The position numbers and the translations under genes were made by a program. The notes below the pieces were generated by a model that made no database searches, was not told the DNA's origin, and was given only the letters and a program-made list of their open reading frames with translations. A stretch of 63,206 nucleotides of DNA, filler included, from Reticulomyxa filosa (Eukaryota; Protista; Foraminifera), in assembly GCA_000512085.1 (NCBI GenBank). It is 19 parts of 19 records of this genome, joined end to end, with 100 filler letters (N's around TTAATTAATTAA, not from the genome) between each part and the next. Parts side by side here need not be neighbours in the genome. Positions count along the whole stretch, not along the records: positions 22,136 to 24,789 come from ASPP01021741.1; positions 24,890 to 25,893 come from ASPP01013531.1; positions 25,994 to 28,485 come from ASPP01011940.1; positions 28,586 to 30,805 come from ASPP01004753.1; positions 30,906 to 32,718 come from ASPP01025908.1; positions 32,819 to 34,000 come from ASPP01002140.1; positions 34,101 to 42,028 come from ASPP01018807.1; 12 more parts are not named here. One strand, given 5' to 3'. Below, piece after piece: positions 22,036 through 35,697 of the stretch (position 1 is the stretch's first letter; each line of letters begins with the position of its first letter).

Positions 22036-22135
22036 NNNNNNNNNNNNNNNNNNNNNNNNNNNNNNNNNNNNNNNNNNNNTTAATTAATTAANNNNNNNNN
22101 NNNNNNNNNNNNNNNNNNNNNNNNNNNNNNNNNNN

Positions 22136-22666
22136 CCTTGACGATGGTCCCTTGGACGTGAGCCACTCGTATAGACAACATTGTTGCGGATCACCAACAA
22201 ACCTGCCAATATCAACAAGTTCAACATTTCTCTGCTATACAGGTTTGGTATGGCAATTCCTATCAACTTTCTCGACTGGTTTTTTTTTTTTTTTTTTTTG
22301 GTTCACAAGTTTACGAAAAATTTGTTTTTCACTGAATGAGGTTAAAACAAGTAAATGATAAATAATCCCCCCCCCCCTATATACATATACAAATATATAT
22401 GTATTTGTATTTGTATAACTCACCGTTCGAAGAAAGTTTTCATCAACAGCCACTTTGGTTTTCTTTTTTTTACGGGCTGATGCACTTGCTACATATTTTT
22501 GCACACGGTCTTTTCCTGTCAGCTGACGCCACACAAAATAACTAATCCCGCCCACACCCAGAGTCGCTGATAAAAACCAAAACCTCTTGTTTTGAGCAAA
22601 AATCTCCGTAAACGTATTTTGTGCCTCCTCCTTAATGGCAACAGGCTTGCTTAAAACCGGTGGCAT
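22136..22666 (-). CDS. Peroxisomal ABC transporter (ABCD/PMP70-like) N-terminus, 3' truncated
   Basis: KVAVDENFL|...LIGIAIPNLYSREMLNLLILAGLLVIR/TMLSIRVAHVQGTIVK (one extra A near 22185) matches the ABCD N-terminal TM region. Confidence 0.75.
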
Positions 22667-24429
22667 TGCGATCGTACTTCAACCAAAGGCAAAATTACAA
22701 CAAAAAAATAATGATGATAATATTACAATGGAGACAAAGGCTTCAAAAAGTTCTGCCACCCTTACAACAAGCACTTTGGCAAAGTTTTTCAAACTGTATA
22801 AAACGTTGTTTTTTCAAAAAAACAAACAAACAAAGGAAAATAATATCAATGTAAATCAGTTAAATACATGGACATCGCATGCTAACTATATGCATATGTA
22901 ATATTCTTATGCACTGTGTATATCAAGAGTGGAAATATTGTGCATTATTTCTTTGTGATAGCATTCAATAATTTGCATCGCAATCTCTTTGCATTTACTC
23001 TATCTATGTCCACAAAGAAATGAAAATGCCTTACTCATGAAAAATTTTTAAATTTGACATTTTTCCATTATAGTTAGCATTGTGTTTCATTGAAGCTTGA
23101 AGTGTCAGCTACCAATTCGTGTATGTCATATGTAATGTTACAATGAGCACCACAACCCAGCGTTAACCTTGTCTGTGATAGAAAGGATAGCACATGAAAG
23201 AAAATAGAACATATCGAAGAAAAATCTGAGAAAACGGTCTGGTTTTGAAAAGGAGTTCTTTTTTGAGATAATAAATAAAGTAATAACATACGAACTAGTC
23301 TGTTTTTGTAAAAAAAATGAAGTATAACTTTTTTCCAGTTGAAGTTTTTTGTACAAAAAAACAGATTAATAAGACTAAAACAATATCTGATGATAAAATT
23401 AAAATACAAATTGATAGATATAAATACTTCATATAATTTGGTTTATATGTCATTGTCTTTCGTAAATACTTACATTTTCATCAAATATCTCGTTCATTTA
23501 TAAAATAAGAAAATGATGTGAAATATGAAAAAATCAAATTTCACATAAAAAAAATAATGTTTGAAAAAATTGATATATAAGCAAGCTTGAACATATTATT
23601 TATCAAGAAAAGCAGCAGAGTTAAAGATCATATGATGCAATTTAAAAAAATTAAAATTATAATGATAAAATATTATATTTAAAAAATCTGGATCTTTGAG
23701 AATGTTGCGAAATAAATAATAAAAAATATTCAGAATAAATTTCTGAATATTTAAATAAATATTGTGATGAATATCAATACATCATCAGGAAAAGTCTGTT
23801 AATGTGATGCTGTGTAAAGAAAATGTATGTTCTAATTATGCGAAGATGTATTGACACGACAATATATATTAAATATCGTGCAAACTATGTTAGCATGAAA
23901 TAAAAATATCAATTTAGATCAAACAATAATCTAAATGTGATAACAATGAAGCTTTTCTTTTATTTTTTTTAAAGGAAAAATATTTTCACATGAAGTAAAT
24001 TATTTTCTTATTGACAATCAATTTATTAAAAGATCTTTATATTAATATTGCTAGAAACAATAATATCTTTGTGAAAATGTGTTTTATAATTTTCACAATG
24101 ATAAAAACATCCTCTTTGAAACGATAAAAAAAGAACAAATAAATAAATAAAAACTAAACACAAATTAGACCGTTATTTGAACCATAATACAGTAGATGAT
24201 TTTTAAAAATTTCGAAGGAGTTCACATAAATTGAAACTGTATTGAAAATAAGAAATTTTTTAATCTTTTTGTTTTCATTAGATACTTTTAAAAAAAGATT
24301 AGCATTGTATCTTTCGTAATTTTTAACAAAATTTTGAAATTTTTTTAAAAATATTTTTTTATTTTAAAATTTTTTTTTGTAATATTTTTAGTATTTTGTT
24401 GATTTTCCTTGTGGCATTGGCTCAACTAG

Positions 24430-24789
24430 AGCGTAGCATAGTTTAGTGTCAGTTTTTTCAAATATTCACAAAGTTATTGTTTGTTAATTTTTCGCATTTA
24501 TATAATTTTACTTTAATTACCACCAAATGTTCTAAATTGGATTTAGGTCTGGTGAATTAGGATGAAAATTTATCAATTATATTATTTTCTTTAGACCAAT
24601 CTATTATTTTTTGTGACATGATGAATATTCTATGAACTGCCAGATCCAGCTTTTCTTTTTACGGTTCCATTACACTTATGTGACGACAGCCAAAATCGAA
24701 GCTATGCTTATATTAAATTTCTTTGCTACAGATCGAATGCCAGCTCACCAACCAGCATACAAACAGCAACTCTTTTCTTAAAAGCAATC
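24430..24789 (-). mobile_element. Internally deleted Tc1/mariner relic (copy B)
   Basis: Minus strand: HTH-like IRSVAKKFNISIASI, then VKRKAGSG, then FHPNSPDLNPI*NIWW (24520-24567) only ~100 nt later. Confidence 0.7.
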
Positions 24790-25141
24790 NNNNNNNNNNN
24801 NNNNNNNNNNNNNNNNNNNNNNNNNNNNNNNNNTTAATTAATTAANNNNNNNNNNNNNNNNNNNNNNNNNNNNNNNNNNNNNNNNNNNNTTTTTTTTTAA
24901 AAAAAAAAAAACGTACATTCATATTATGTACGTCCAATATTGCATTATTACCCCTTTTGCATTTATAAACATATATGCAATATATATATATATACAACGT
25001 GACAAAAAAAAAATAAAAAAAAAATTGCACAGTGCAGACCAATTCTCTATTCGTTTGGTTCCACTTTGCTTGTGCAGCTCCGGATTTCAATTCTTTTTCT
25101 TTTTCCTGTTGAGTGTTTAGCCACACTGTGCTATAATGCAA

Positions 25142-25172
<31 letters not shown>

Positions 25173-25374
25173 CAACCGAAAAGAATTCAACTTCTTCATT
25201 CTCTCTCTCTTGCTCTCTTGTTCTTGGGGCTTCTTTCTTTTTTTTTTTTTTTTTTTCACTTTTATAAATTGTTTTGAAAAAAAATAAATAAATAAACAAC
25301 GAAATTGAAAGACATAAAATGTTATATTTGCTTCGTCATTTATTTTTTTTTTTTTCCCTTTTTCGCTTGTGTTT

Positions 25375-25850
25375 TTAAATGTCAACTGTTGGATGCTCAT
25401 CGTTCAAACATCGAATTACACTTTCCACCAATTCACCAAGCGGCACTGTTTCGCTCCAAAAGTTTGCAATCATTATTTTATTCGTTTGGCTATCTATCAG
25501 ACCATGCTTCAACCCATGATCAATCGAAAGTTCGGGCGGTGTTTTTGGAAACTTTGCTGGTAACTCACTTCGCTCCTCCATTTCATCACATAACACATAT
25601 CAAACAAAAATAACAACATGCACATACACAATCTATTGCATCTTGCTGGTACTAGGCTGTGCATGTTTGACCTCCCCCCTCTGGAATAATGGAAACAGAT
25701 TACATTTGTAAATGGTAGACCCCATAACCCGAACGTAGTTCCACCCGCCAAGTGCTTTGGTCTTCTGAAGACGTCATTCTATATTTTGACCTTAAAGAAC
25801 AAAGGCTATCAAGATGGAATTTTCGATTATATTGTTGTGTGGTCATCTTG
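25375..25850 (-). CDS. UEV/UBC-like domain protein (VPS37A-like N-terminus), multi-exon, partial
   Basis: QQYNRKFHLDSL...STWRVEL|...ELPAKFPKTPPELSI...HGLID...NFW....LGELVESV resembles the VPS37A UEV domain. Confidence 0.4.
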
Positions 25851-28027
25851 CTACTTTTTTCTTCCTAGCAATTTACGCAATTCTTGAAAACTTNNNNNNN
25901 NNNNNNNNNNNNNNNNNNNNNNNNNNNNNNNNNNNNNTTAATTAATTAANNNNNNNNNNNNNNNNNNNNNNNNNNNNNNNNNNNNNNNNNNNNAAGATGA
26001 GATAGTTACATAAGCGTTATTATAGAGGTGGCCTTTAGTGTCTACATCTTAATTGACATTGACTGTTACAACACTAACTGGTTGCGGATTATTGCTGACG
26101 TAAAGTCGGTTTTTTTTTTTTTGTGAACGACAGCATTTTCTGTTAAATAAGACGACAGTTTTTTGCTTAGTGTACTGTTTGGTCTACAGCAACGCTGCTA
26201 CTCGTGTTATCAGGAAGCTAGTCATCTTTGATATCTGGGAATGTCAACAAGCTTTTTTTTTGCCTGTTTGCTACGTGAGAACTTTAACCTTTTTAAAAAG
26301 CATTGACATTGCGTTTAAAAAAAAGAAATTATTGGATTTGTTATTGTAGTTCAAAACTTTGTGAAAAAATGAATAATCTTTTAATTCGCAATAATTAAGT
26401 TTGTGGGTCATTTTATTGAAATTGTGGATCATTTTTTAGTTTTTTTGAACTGTTTTTCAAAAATAGCATAGTTTTTTATTCATTCAAATAGAAAATTAAT
26501 TTTTAATTTGTCAATTATTATTTGAGGAGTTATTATGTTTTTAATATGTTTTATTGAATGAAAATTATGTAAAATTATCAATCAAAACAATAGATTGCAA
26601 GGGGGAGCTTGGTTCCTTTTTTTTATTTTTGATTATGTAATGTTTGTCTTTTGTCACAAACAACAAGCTTCTTGTCCCTGCATACACTTAGTAAGGAATA
26701 TTGATGCAGTTTCTCGTTGCTACAAGTAAAAGTTTTTGTTTTTGTCTTTATTCTTAACTTTTGCAATACGAAAAACATTAAAAAAATAATTAAAAAAAAT
26801 TTGTTGAAGAGATCTTAAATAATAAATGCATCATATTTTTAAACTTATTTTAAAAAATACTGAGTTAAACAACTGGAGAACTATCTGAAAACTTATTTTT
26901 TGTTATTACCAATGCTTTCAGTGTGAGGAAGCTTGTATGTCGACTCCATAAAGAGTGCTATTATTTATGATGATATTCTGAATACTGACATTCAACAATT
27001 GGATAACATATCTATGCATTCAGAATGTATCTCAATTGAAGTTAACATTAATTTGTCTTTGTTAGAAAGCTGTCAGTCAACAAATTTTTTCCAACAAAGG
27101 GCTTTTTTTCCTCCAGAGCTTTCATAACATTGTTAAAAATAAGAACAAACTAAAAACTACACTTACGGCCATCACAAAGCGTTTTCTATACCAACAAGAG
27201 CTAGAATAGAAAAAATATTGTAGCTTGTTAAAAAACGTTTTTTAAAAATCCGAAAACAAACAATTTTATTTTCTTCGGTAAATCCGATAATAATGCGATA
27301 AATCATAACTTTATTTTTCTACAATTAATATGTATTTTTTACGATTGTCAGTTGATACACAATAGCAGCTAGCTGATACAAATCTCCAAACAAGTTGGTA
27401 ATGATACTACAGAACTAACAAAAGTACAGAAATGTCTTTGATCGTCATTGTTTGAAATTTATAGCCTGTATTTCCAATGTGACATTGAATGAAAATGTTT
27501 AAAATCATTTTTTAAAGCATACTTCCTCTACTTCTTTTTTTTTACAAGATAGCCTGTCAAAAAAGTATATGGCATTGATTTGGAGAATACGCTTAGGTCT
27601 GGTGGCATCAGTCTAAGAGTGTTTTTAATATTCGTAATCTTTTTTGAAAGCAGTAACACTTGAAACATATTTATGATCAAGGGAAAGAGAACAAAAAAAG
27701 TGAACAAATAAATTCGGAGTGAGCATATCACGTCGTTGTTACAAATAACGTGTATTGTGAGAAGAATATAGATAATTGTCGCCGAACTTAATATAGAATG
27801 TTTGGAGAAGTGTTTTTTTTTAAAGAGTGTTAATATGCAACATTTGGCATACAAGAGGGAGCTTTTTGTTGTTGTGAACAAAAAAAAATAGGTCGGACAA
27901 AGAAACTTGTACGTTAGACCATATTCAACAATAATAGAAAAAAATTAAAACCTTCTCTCCCTCCTGACACAATACAAAAAAAAAACGGAGTGACGTACAC
28001 GCATACATATTACACAAACAAATAAAA

Positions 28028-28446
28028 GTGACAGAAGCGTTGATACAAATGGGCTTTGATCACCAATATATCAAAAGAGCGTTTAAAGTTCACGAAGTTA
28101 GCAAAAATGGATTTTGTCTGACTGTAAAGAGGCAAAAAAAAAAAAAAAAGAGAGAGAGAAAAAAAACAATCAATCGACAAATGAAAAAAAAAACAAAAAG
28201 AATAACTATGGCCATAAATACCAATTGGAGGTTCTTGCTGAGATTATCGTTCGATTGCGAGAAAAGGATGAAGTTTTGTGTTTACTCTGATAGTTTCTCT
28301 CGTTTGAAGGACTTTTGATTTCTTTTTTTTTTTTTTCCCAAAAAAAAAAAAAAAATGATGGAAAATTCAAAGTCAAAACCACACAGAAAAAAGCAAGTGA
28401 AACAGGGAATGCTGCATCTCAGCCTTCTGCCGCATATGCAAATGAG
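28028..28446 (+). CDS. Hypothetical protein with UBA-like segment, multi-exon, partial
   Basis: EALIQMGFDHQYIKRA (MGF motif), then NYGHKYQLEVLAEIIVRLREKDE in the next exon. Confidence 0.4.
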
Positions 28447-28605
28447 GTGAGTTTTCTTTTACATTTTATATATGTATATATATATNNNNNNNNNNNNNNN
28501 NNNNNNNNNNNNNNNNNNNNNNNNNNNNNTTAATTAATTAANNNNNNNNNNNNNNNNNNNNNNNNNNNNNNNNNNNNNNNNNNNNCCCTCTCTCCTAATA
28601 TGCCT

Positions 28606-29706
28606 CTATTTTTTTTTTAAGAGCGTAACAGCAAGTATCCACATAGTCCAACGCAATATGACAAAACCAGAGCCAGGACAAAGACGTAGGAAACAGCGTT
28701 TCCAAGGAGCAACGGTAATAATGAAAGGAAGGATGACAGCGACAGCAAGAACAACACTTTCACCGTAAATAACTTTGCTGTGAAGTGCAGCTGGCAGCGC
28801 GTTGACATAGCACTTGGGACGGAGTGGGTGATCGGTGCTGGCCGCATCAAACCGCTTAGGATAGTATTCGTAGATTTGGAACGCCCAATACACATTACTC
28901 GCCGTTACACATGAGTTAAACATGAGCGTTCTCAGCACCAAGTTTTCAACACGAGCTCCAAAGTTACACAAATACCAAGTCGCTCCAAACAATATCGAAT
29001 GGAACTTTTTTTTTTTTTTTTTTTTTTTGGTATACATTTGCATATCCATATACGTATACACAAGTGGTGCAAGTTCATGACTAAGCACAAACCAACTCTT
29101 CTCTCACATGACAACAAACAATAACAAAAAGACAAATACCAATGCAATTCCAAAAGCAGCCCAACCATAAGTACGGTAATTCCCTCTCCATTTCCAAGAT
29201 GAAAACAAAAAGTTGGAGGAACATCTCAATGCTAAGTTGTTTGTTTTTTTTTTTTTTTTTGATTTTATTGCAATGAATCACTTTTGAGATGATCAAAAAG
29301 AACAAATACACCACAAAAATACGCAAATACACAAATACAGATAATATCATTGCGTACTATCAGAACACGCGTTTTCGATTAGTGAACTGGCCGCCGTTGT
29401 TGTAGCTATACTATTATTGCTACTCGTGTTATTACTGGTCTCACATGCCAAGAAGTTTTCACATGAATAACTCGGATATCTGGAGTTACATATATTGAAC
29501 AGAAATCTTGTGCCATCTGTATTGTCACATATGTTCCTATGCCAACAATAACAACATTGCTCTGCAGTATAAAACGAAGTATGCCTGTCTTGTTGCCAGT
29601 ATCCTACAACTAAAATTGAGATTGCAACAGTTAAAAACCGCACAAGTGTGAAAGATAAATAAATATATGTACATCGACGTGTACTTTTGTCATCTTGTGT
29701 ATTCAT
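28606..29706 (-). CDS. Hypothetical multi-pass membrane protein with Cys-rich extracellular loop, multi-exon
   Basis: Three coding-like exons with hydrophobic stretches separated by poly-A introns. Confidence 0.45.
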
Positions 29707-30287
29707 CCTTTTTTAAGAAAAAAAAGTTCAGAGGCGTGGTCTTGGAAAAAATTTTTTTTTTGAAAGAAAAACAAATGAGGAAAAATGATAAACAAATTTA
29801 TAGATAAGTTTTACATGTAGTTCACATAATTTTTAAATCTAATTCAATAAAACATATGTATGTCGCTTTTTTTGCTTTAAGCAAAAAAATTTAGTTCTTG
29901 AAAGGGTCGTCGCGTTTTATATTTCGTGAGGCTTGTGTTCAAAATAGCTTCAATTTAAATATCTCTTTTTGTGGATCTGGTTCTCGCACATTCAATATCG
30001 TAACGGCATAAAGCAGGATTTCGGAAGAATCTGTTCGATTTTTCGGATCTACCAAATAGAGTTAAGCGGAACAGTCGACAATTCAAAACGACGAAGACAT
30101 CAAGTTACTTGAAACGTAACTGTGAGTTTCGCTGTTTTTCCTTTTTGGTCACTTTTCCTTCTGGGAGAAAAGGGGAAAAAAAAATGTTTGTTATGTGAAC
30201 TTTTTTTTTTTTTTTTTTAGGTGTGAAAAGAAAAAAAATTAAATAAAACAATTGGTGACTTTTTTTTATCCAAAACTCACCACATCA

Positions 30288-30663
30288 ATGAGCTCGCTAA
30301 ATCGCAAATATGCGAATACGGGGAACACGAATAAGAACCGACGTTCTTATCGTCCGAAGACTCACAATTATAATGTGAATGCGAATGATAGTCACACCTA
30401 CAGTGAAAATGATCAAGACACAAACATGGAAAACAGTAATGATGGCACTCTCAAACATCCACGTGGTCAAAATCGGAATAATAGTGGCAACAATAATAAT
30501 ACTAATAATAATACTAATAATAATACTAATAATAATACTAATAATAATAACAACAATAATAATAATAATAACAACACAAACATAAACAATAACAATCCTT
30601 CCAAACAAAATAATAGTAGTAGTCTTGCTCATAATAGCAGTTCTACTAGCTCAATCGATGTTA
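30288..30663 (+). CDS. Asn-rich low-complexity protein N-terminus (partial)
   Basis: MSSLNRKY... followed by a poly-N tract; GT donor near 30665. Confidence 0.45.
30492..30596. repeat. (AAT)n/(ACTAATAATAAT)n coding microsatellite
   Basis: Directly visible tandem repeat. Confidence 0.9.
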
Positions 30664-30905
30664 CGTATACACAACAACGCATTTTTTTTTTCAAACACCC
30701 CCCCCCCCCTTCTTCGTCCCTAACATGTTGTGTTTGAACGGAAAGAAAACATTAACCCCTTTTTTTTTTTGCATTTGTGCTGTATCTTTGTGACAATTTT
30801 GTTTTNNNNNNNNNNNNNNNNNNNNNNNNNNNNNNNNNNNNNNNNNNNNTTAATTAATTAANNNNNNNNNNNNNNNNNNNNNNNNNNNNNNNNNNNNNNN
30901 NNNNN

Positions 30906-31806
30906 GATCAAACAGTTTGTGATTGCAACAAACTAAGCAATCATTTAATATGTATTGTGTGAAATTTTTATCATATTCATCGTCAAAATATCATTTGTTT
31001 TTTACTATATGATAAAATAATTTGTTTTTGGGATTTTAGGCACAATAAACAATTACAAATATTTAATGGACACGCTAATGGTGTTTGTGGTATTAAATTT
31101 TCATCATTTAATGATAGTAGATATTATGTTCTGGATCATATGATAACATTATTCGTTTATGGAATGTTGAAACATCAAAATCATTACATGTTTTCAATGG
31201 ACATGAAGATGGTATTTGGTGTGTTGATATTTCACCATTACAAAGCAATAATAAATGATAATAATAATAATAAAATGAATAATATTAGTGTGATTGATGG
31301 AAATGGATATACAATTTGTTTTGGATCATGTGATAATACCATTCAAATATGGGATATTGAAACAACCAAACAATTCAATGTATTCAAAGGATATGAAGAT
31401 TGAATTATAAGTGTAAATATGGATCAAATGAATTATTAAATACTATCTGGATCAGAAGATAAAAGTGTTCGTTTGTGGGATATTCGATCTGGTCAACAAA
31501 TTCAAGTGTTCAATGGACATACAAGTATTGTATGGTCTGTTGAATATTCACCATTTGTAATAAAGAATAATATTGGTAATTCAAATGTGATATGTTCTGG
31601 ATCATGTGATAATACAATTCGTTTTTGGGATATTCGATCAAATAAGAATCAATTGCATGTGATCAAGGGAGATGATGGAAATGGAGGAATTATTTTTTTT
31701 GAATTCTTTACAATTAAAAAAGAATAAAAAGAAGAGAAAAGTCAATGAGTATATTATTAATTTGTGTTACGGTTCACGTGGGGATTTGATCCGTATCTGG
31801 GGATAG
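30906..31806 (+). pseudogene. G-beta-like WD40 family pseudogene
   Basis: FNGH...CSGS.DNTIRFWDIR repeats with multiple frameshifts and stops. Confidence 0.8.
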
Positions 31807-34800
31807 TGATGACATCTTGTTGGATGATCAGTATTTTTATTTATACTCTTAATCACCGTGTTGATTCTTCACTTTCAAAATTGACCTTGATAATAAAATG
31901 AATTAAACAAGGTTGTTGAGACAAAATCATACAACTGTGGTGTGTTATTCAAATTCAAATACTTAAGCTTAAAACAAACAAAATACATTAGTGTCAAAAT
32001 AAAATCGAACCAATTTCTTTTCAATTTCTTTGAAATTTTTAATAAGTTTTGGAAATTTGGAATTATAAAATTGATAAAATGGACTCATTCTGTTGAATTA
32101 AGATAAAATTGAAAATAGGTTTGATTAGTGGATGCATCACCACGATGAAATGCTTCTGTTTGAATAGTGTATATATTTGCTCTTGTAATAAGTGATTGTT
32201 CAAATGATATTCAATTATTTCGAGAGTAAGTTCATTCTGAGTGATTGGGAATATGTGGTGATTATTCATTAAATGCATTTGATTTACTATCACCTTTTAC
32301 TTTGTTTGTACTTCCACACATTGTACATTTCTTTGAATTGGATAACATGGACAATGCTTTACAATCAGTAACATATCTCTATCACAAAAAGAAAGACATG
32401 ATTTATTATTATCACTGCAATATAAATGTTTCATACTTTCTTTGCAATCATTGTCTCTAATTTGATTACATTTTTAACATATCCTTTTTACAGTTATTTA
32501 TTTTGATTAATATTTAAATCATTCCATTGAAAACATACAACTAAATATGAGTGTATCAAATCACTTTCATTCTTTGGATGAAATACATTTAATAAAACTC
32601 TTTTTATCCATTAATTATTCAATCTAACCAAAAAAGACTGACGTTTGACATAAACTTAAATGAATAAAATAAGCTTTCTGAGCAACCACTAAATTTAAAA
32701 TCCAAAAATCACGAACAANNNNNNNNNNNNNNNNNNNNNNNNNNNNNNNNNNNNNNNNNNNNTTAATTAATTAANNNNNNNNNNNNNNNNNNNNNNNNNN
32801 NNNNNNNNNNNNNNNNNNAAAAAAAAAAAAAATATGAAAAAAATGAGCCAAGAAGATATATATTTGTAACAAGCAAGTTATGGCGGACAACCACGAATAT
32901 AATAAAACAATTTCGCTTTTGAAAAGTTTTACCCAAGGATTTTTCTTTTGTTCAAACTTTTGATCACAATTTAGAAAGGGATAATTGTATAAGTGTTGTA
33001 CGTTTTGGATTCTTTTTGTAAAAGTTAATGTAGGGCAAGTCCCTATTATAAGTATCCGAACGTCAAGGGAACGGAGGAATCCCCAGTAGGTTAAACTTCC
33101 TCAACAAACTTACTTCTTACTTTCTTGCTTTTCTTTACTTCTTAGTAAACACCTCTCGTATTACAGTTAGTGTACCACTACTATCAGCAGACGTCCCACA
33201 GTATATGAGATTATGCGTTTGTTTGAAATTTGTATCTGATGTTTTGCTAGCAATTTGCAAATATCAAAAGTTGATATTTCACTCTCAATTTTCTTTCAAA
33301 AACACTTTTACTTAAAAATTATTATTAAACAACAAGTAAAATGAATTTTCAACACTTCTAAAAACATCATCCAACACTCTCGCTTTAATGTGTGCATATG
33401 TATGTAGGAAGTTGACTAATTTGTCTAGACTGAAATGTTAAATGTAATACGAATAGTTGCTCTTTGAGCAATCTTTCAAAAATAAATTAGTTTAAATAAA
33501 AGAATATAAACAACAAGAGAATAAAAGATGTTGGAAGAAAAGATAAGTCAGTAAGTTGTTGTGAAAAAGGAGTTTCCTGAGTATACTGTTAAGGTTTTGT
33601 CCTACATGTATTAAATTAAAGAATTACAATTCCATTTTTAATTTTTTTGGCAATTTGATCTACACATCATTACCAGGCCTATGTTTCAACTCAAGAAATT
33701 AAAACTATGCACGCGACAAATAAAAAAGAACATTTCACAAAAAAAAGCAAAAAATTTCATGAACAAATACTCGATAACAGAAATAGCTTGTTTTTTGTTG
33801 CTGCGAATACTTATTAAAAGTTGAATTTGAGGATAATCTTTTTACTAAAAATGATTTGCTTAGAAATAAAACAATGGACTTGGCAGCACTGTTGTTCAAT
33901 AAGAAACACGAATCTAAAACATGAGTTATTTTTCATTGGATCTTGGCATTTTTTTTTGGTATCGCTCACTGCAAATGTTTATTTGATTTTTTCAACATCT
34001 NNNNNNNNNNNNNNNNNNNNNNNNNNNNNNNNNNNNNNNNNNNNTTAATTAATTAANNNNNNNNNNNNNNNNNNNNNNNNNNNNNNNNNNNNNNNNNNNN
34101 AAGTATTTAATTAGTATCATATATGTATATGTATATGTATATGTGTATATGTTTAATTCATTGCACGTGCAAAAAAAAAAAAAAAAAAAAAACTAACCAT
34201 GTCAATGTCCCCTGAAAATGCGTAGCGAAATAGATAATTGATGTCGAAAAATTGCTCCCAGTGCTGCTTCAGCTTTGGTAAGTAGTCGATGAACAACATG
34301 CATTGACTCACCCATCCTTGGATCACTATCATTCGCTTTTGGATTTTGCTATGCGACAAATTCGTAAATATTTGTCGCGATGGAAATTCCGGCCGCGATA
34401 TGTTTCCCAATGGCGTGCCCTGTAACAACTTCTGGTTTTTTTGTATGTGCTTCTTCTCACTCCTATGAAAATTCAATAGCTCTGAATAACGCCTATTTTG
34501 TTGTTATTTTTTTTTTTTGTTGTTGTTGTTTTGCTTCCTTTCTAATTTCTTTCTTTTCCCCTCCTTTCTTGCACTAATTTGTTACTTGAAAACTTTGCAA
34601 TGTGTTGGATTTGACTTCGACATTGTTGATATCCTAAATATGTACACAATGTGTGACCGCTTTGTTAATTCATCTTCTATGCTTACATAATCCACAATTT
34701 GAATTTCATAGTGCCGTGATGCACAGGTCTGCATGGCTTATATATGATTATATATATAATATGAAAGGGGGAGGAATGCGACCGAAAACGCGGTGACGAA

Positions 34801-35697
34801 AGGTCCTGGTCTGTACGTCCCATTTTATTTTTAAAACAATTACACCTTGGTTCAACATCCGCACTTGACATTTATACTTCATTTTTTTTTAATTAGCTTT
34901 TCGCCAAAAATAATATCGATATTAGTTTTTGTACTTTTTTTTTAAGATACTGTCTAAGTTTGACTATAGATCCAATGGATAAACAAATCTAATTGATATT
35001 TTCAAAAAAAACAAATAATAATAAATGAGATATTCAGCTCACTTGCTAGGATAAATTATCTACAAATTTGAAATTATATTAAAATTTAAATTCATCTACA
35101 AATTAATTTAAACTTTTAAAAATAAAAGTGCTTCAATTATCGGAATGTAAGATGTATTTTTTAATTTTTTTTTAAGAAAGACGCTATTGACTTGTGCACT
35201 TGTCAATAAGTATTGTTGAAAATGATTGATTTTTAAAAATTAAGCACGCTTACTTGTATGATTGCCCCAAATAAACGATTATGTAGTGTTCAGTTTTATT
35301 TTGTTTGATCTTGACATTACTTTTAATTTTATTACGCACTCAATTGTCAGCCCAAATCAATAAAGAAAAATTATATAAGAAACGTTTCACTTTTTTACTA
35401 TGCGAGACGTGTACGTGTGCCACAATATATCTTGTCTTTTTAGGTACACGCACAGCCGAACTTGACAAAAATAATGTTCACAATTTTTTTGTTTTTTTAA
35501 ATTTGATGTACTTCCCAGCTGGTTTCAAGGCATTGAAAAATCCGAACGTTTATCAGTGATCATTACAAGTTTTTTATCCAAAAATGACACATCTCTTCAA
35601 AAAAATCAATATTTTATTTTGTACAAGCCAAAAAATCTGTGTCATTCTCAATTTTTGCTTTGGAACAAGAAAAGCAACTTTAAACAAAAGAATTGGT

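Noticed and set aside
33030-33210. Compositionally odd patch with small hairpins (TAGGG-CAAGT-CCCTA) as an ncRNA or LTR
   Set aside because: No recognisable family motif, second copy or long stem in the window.
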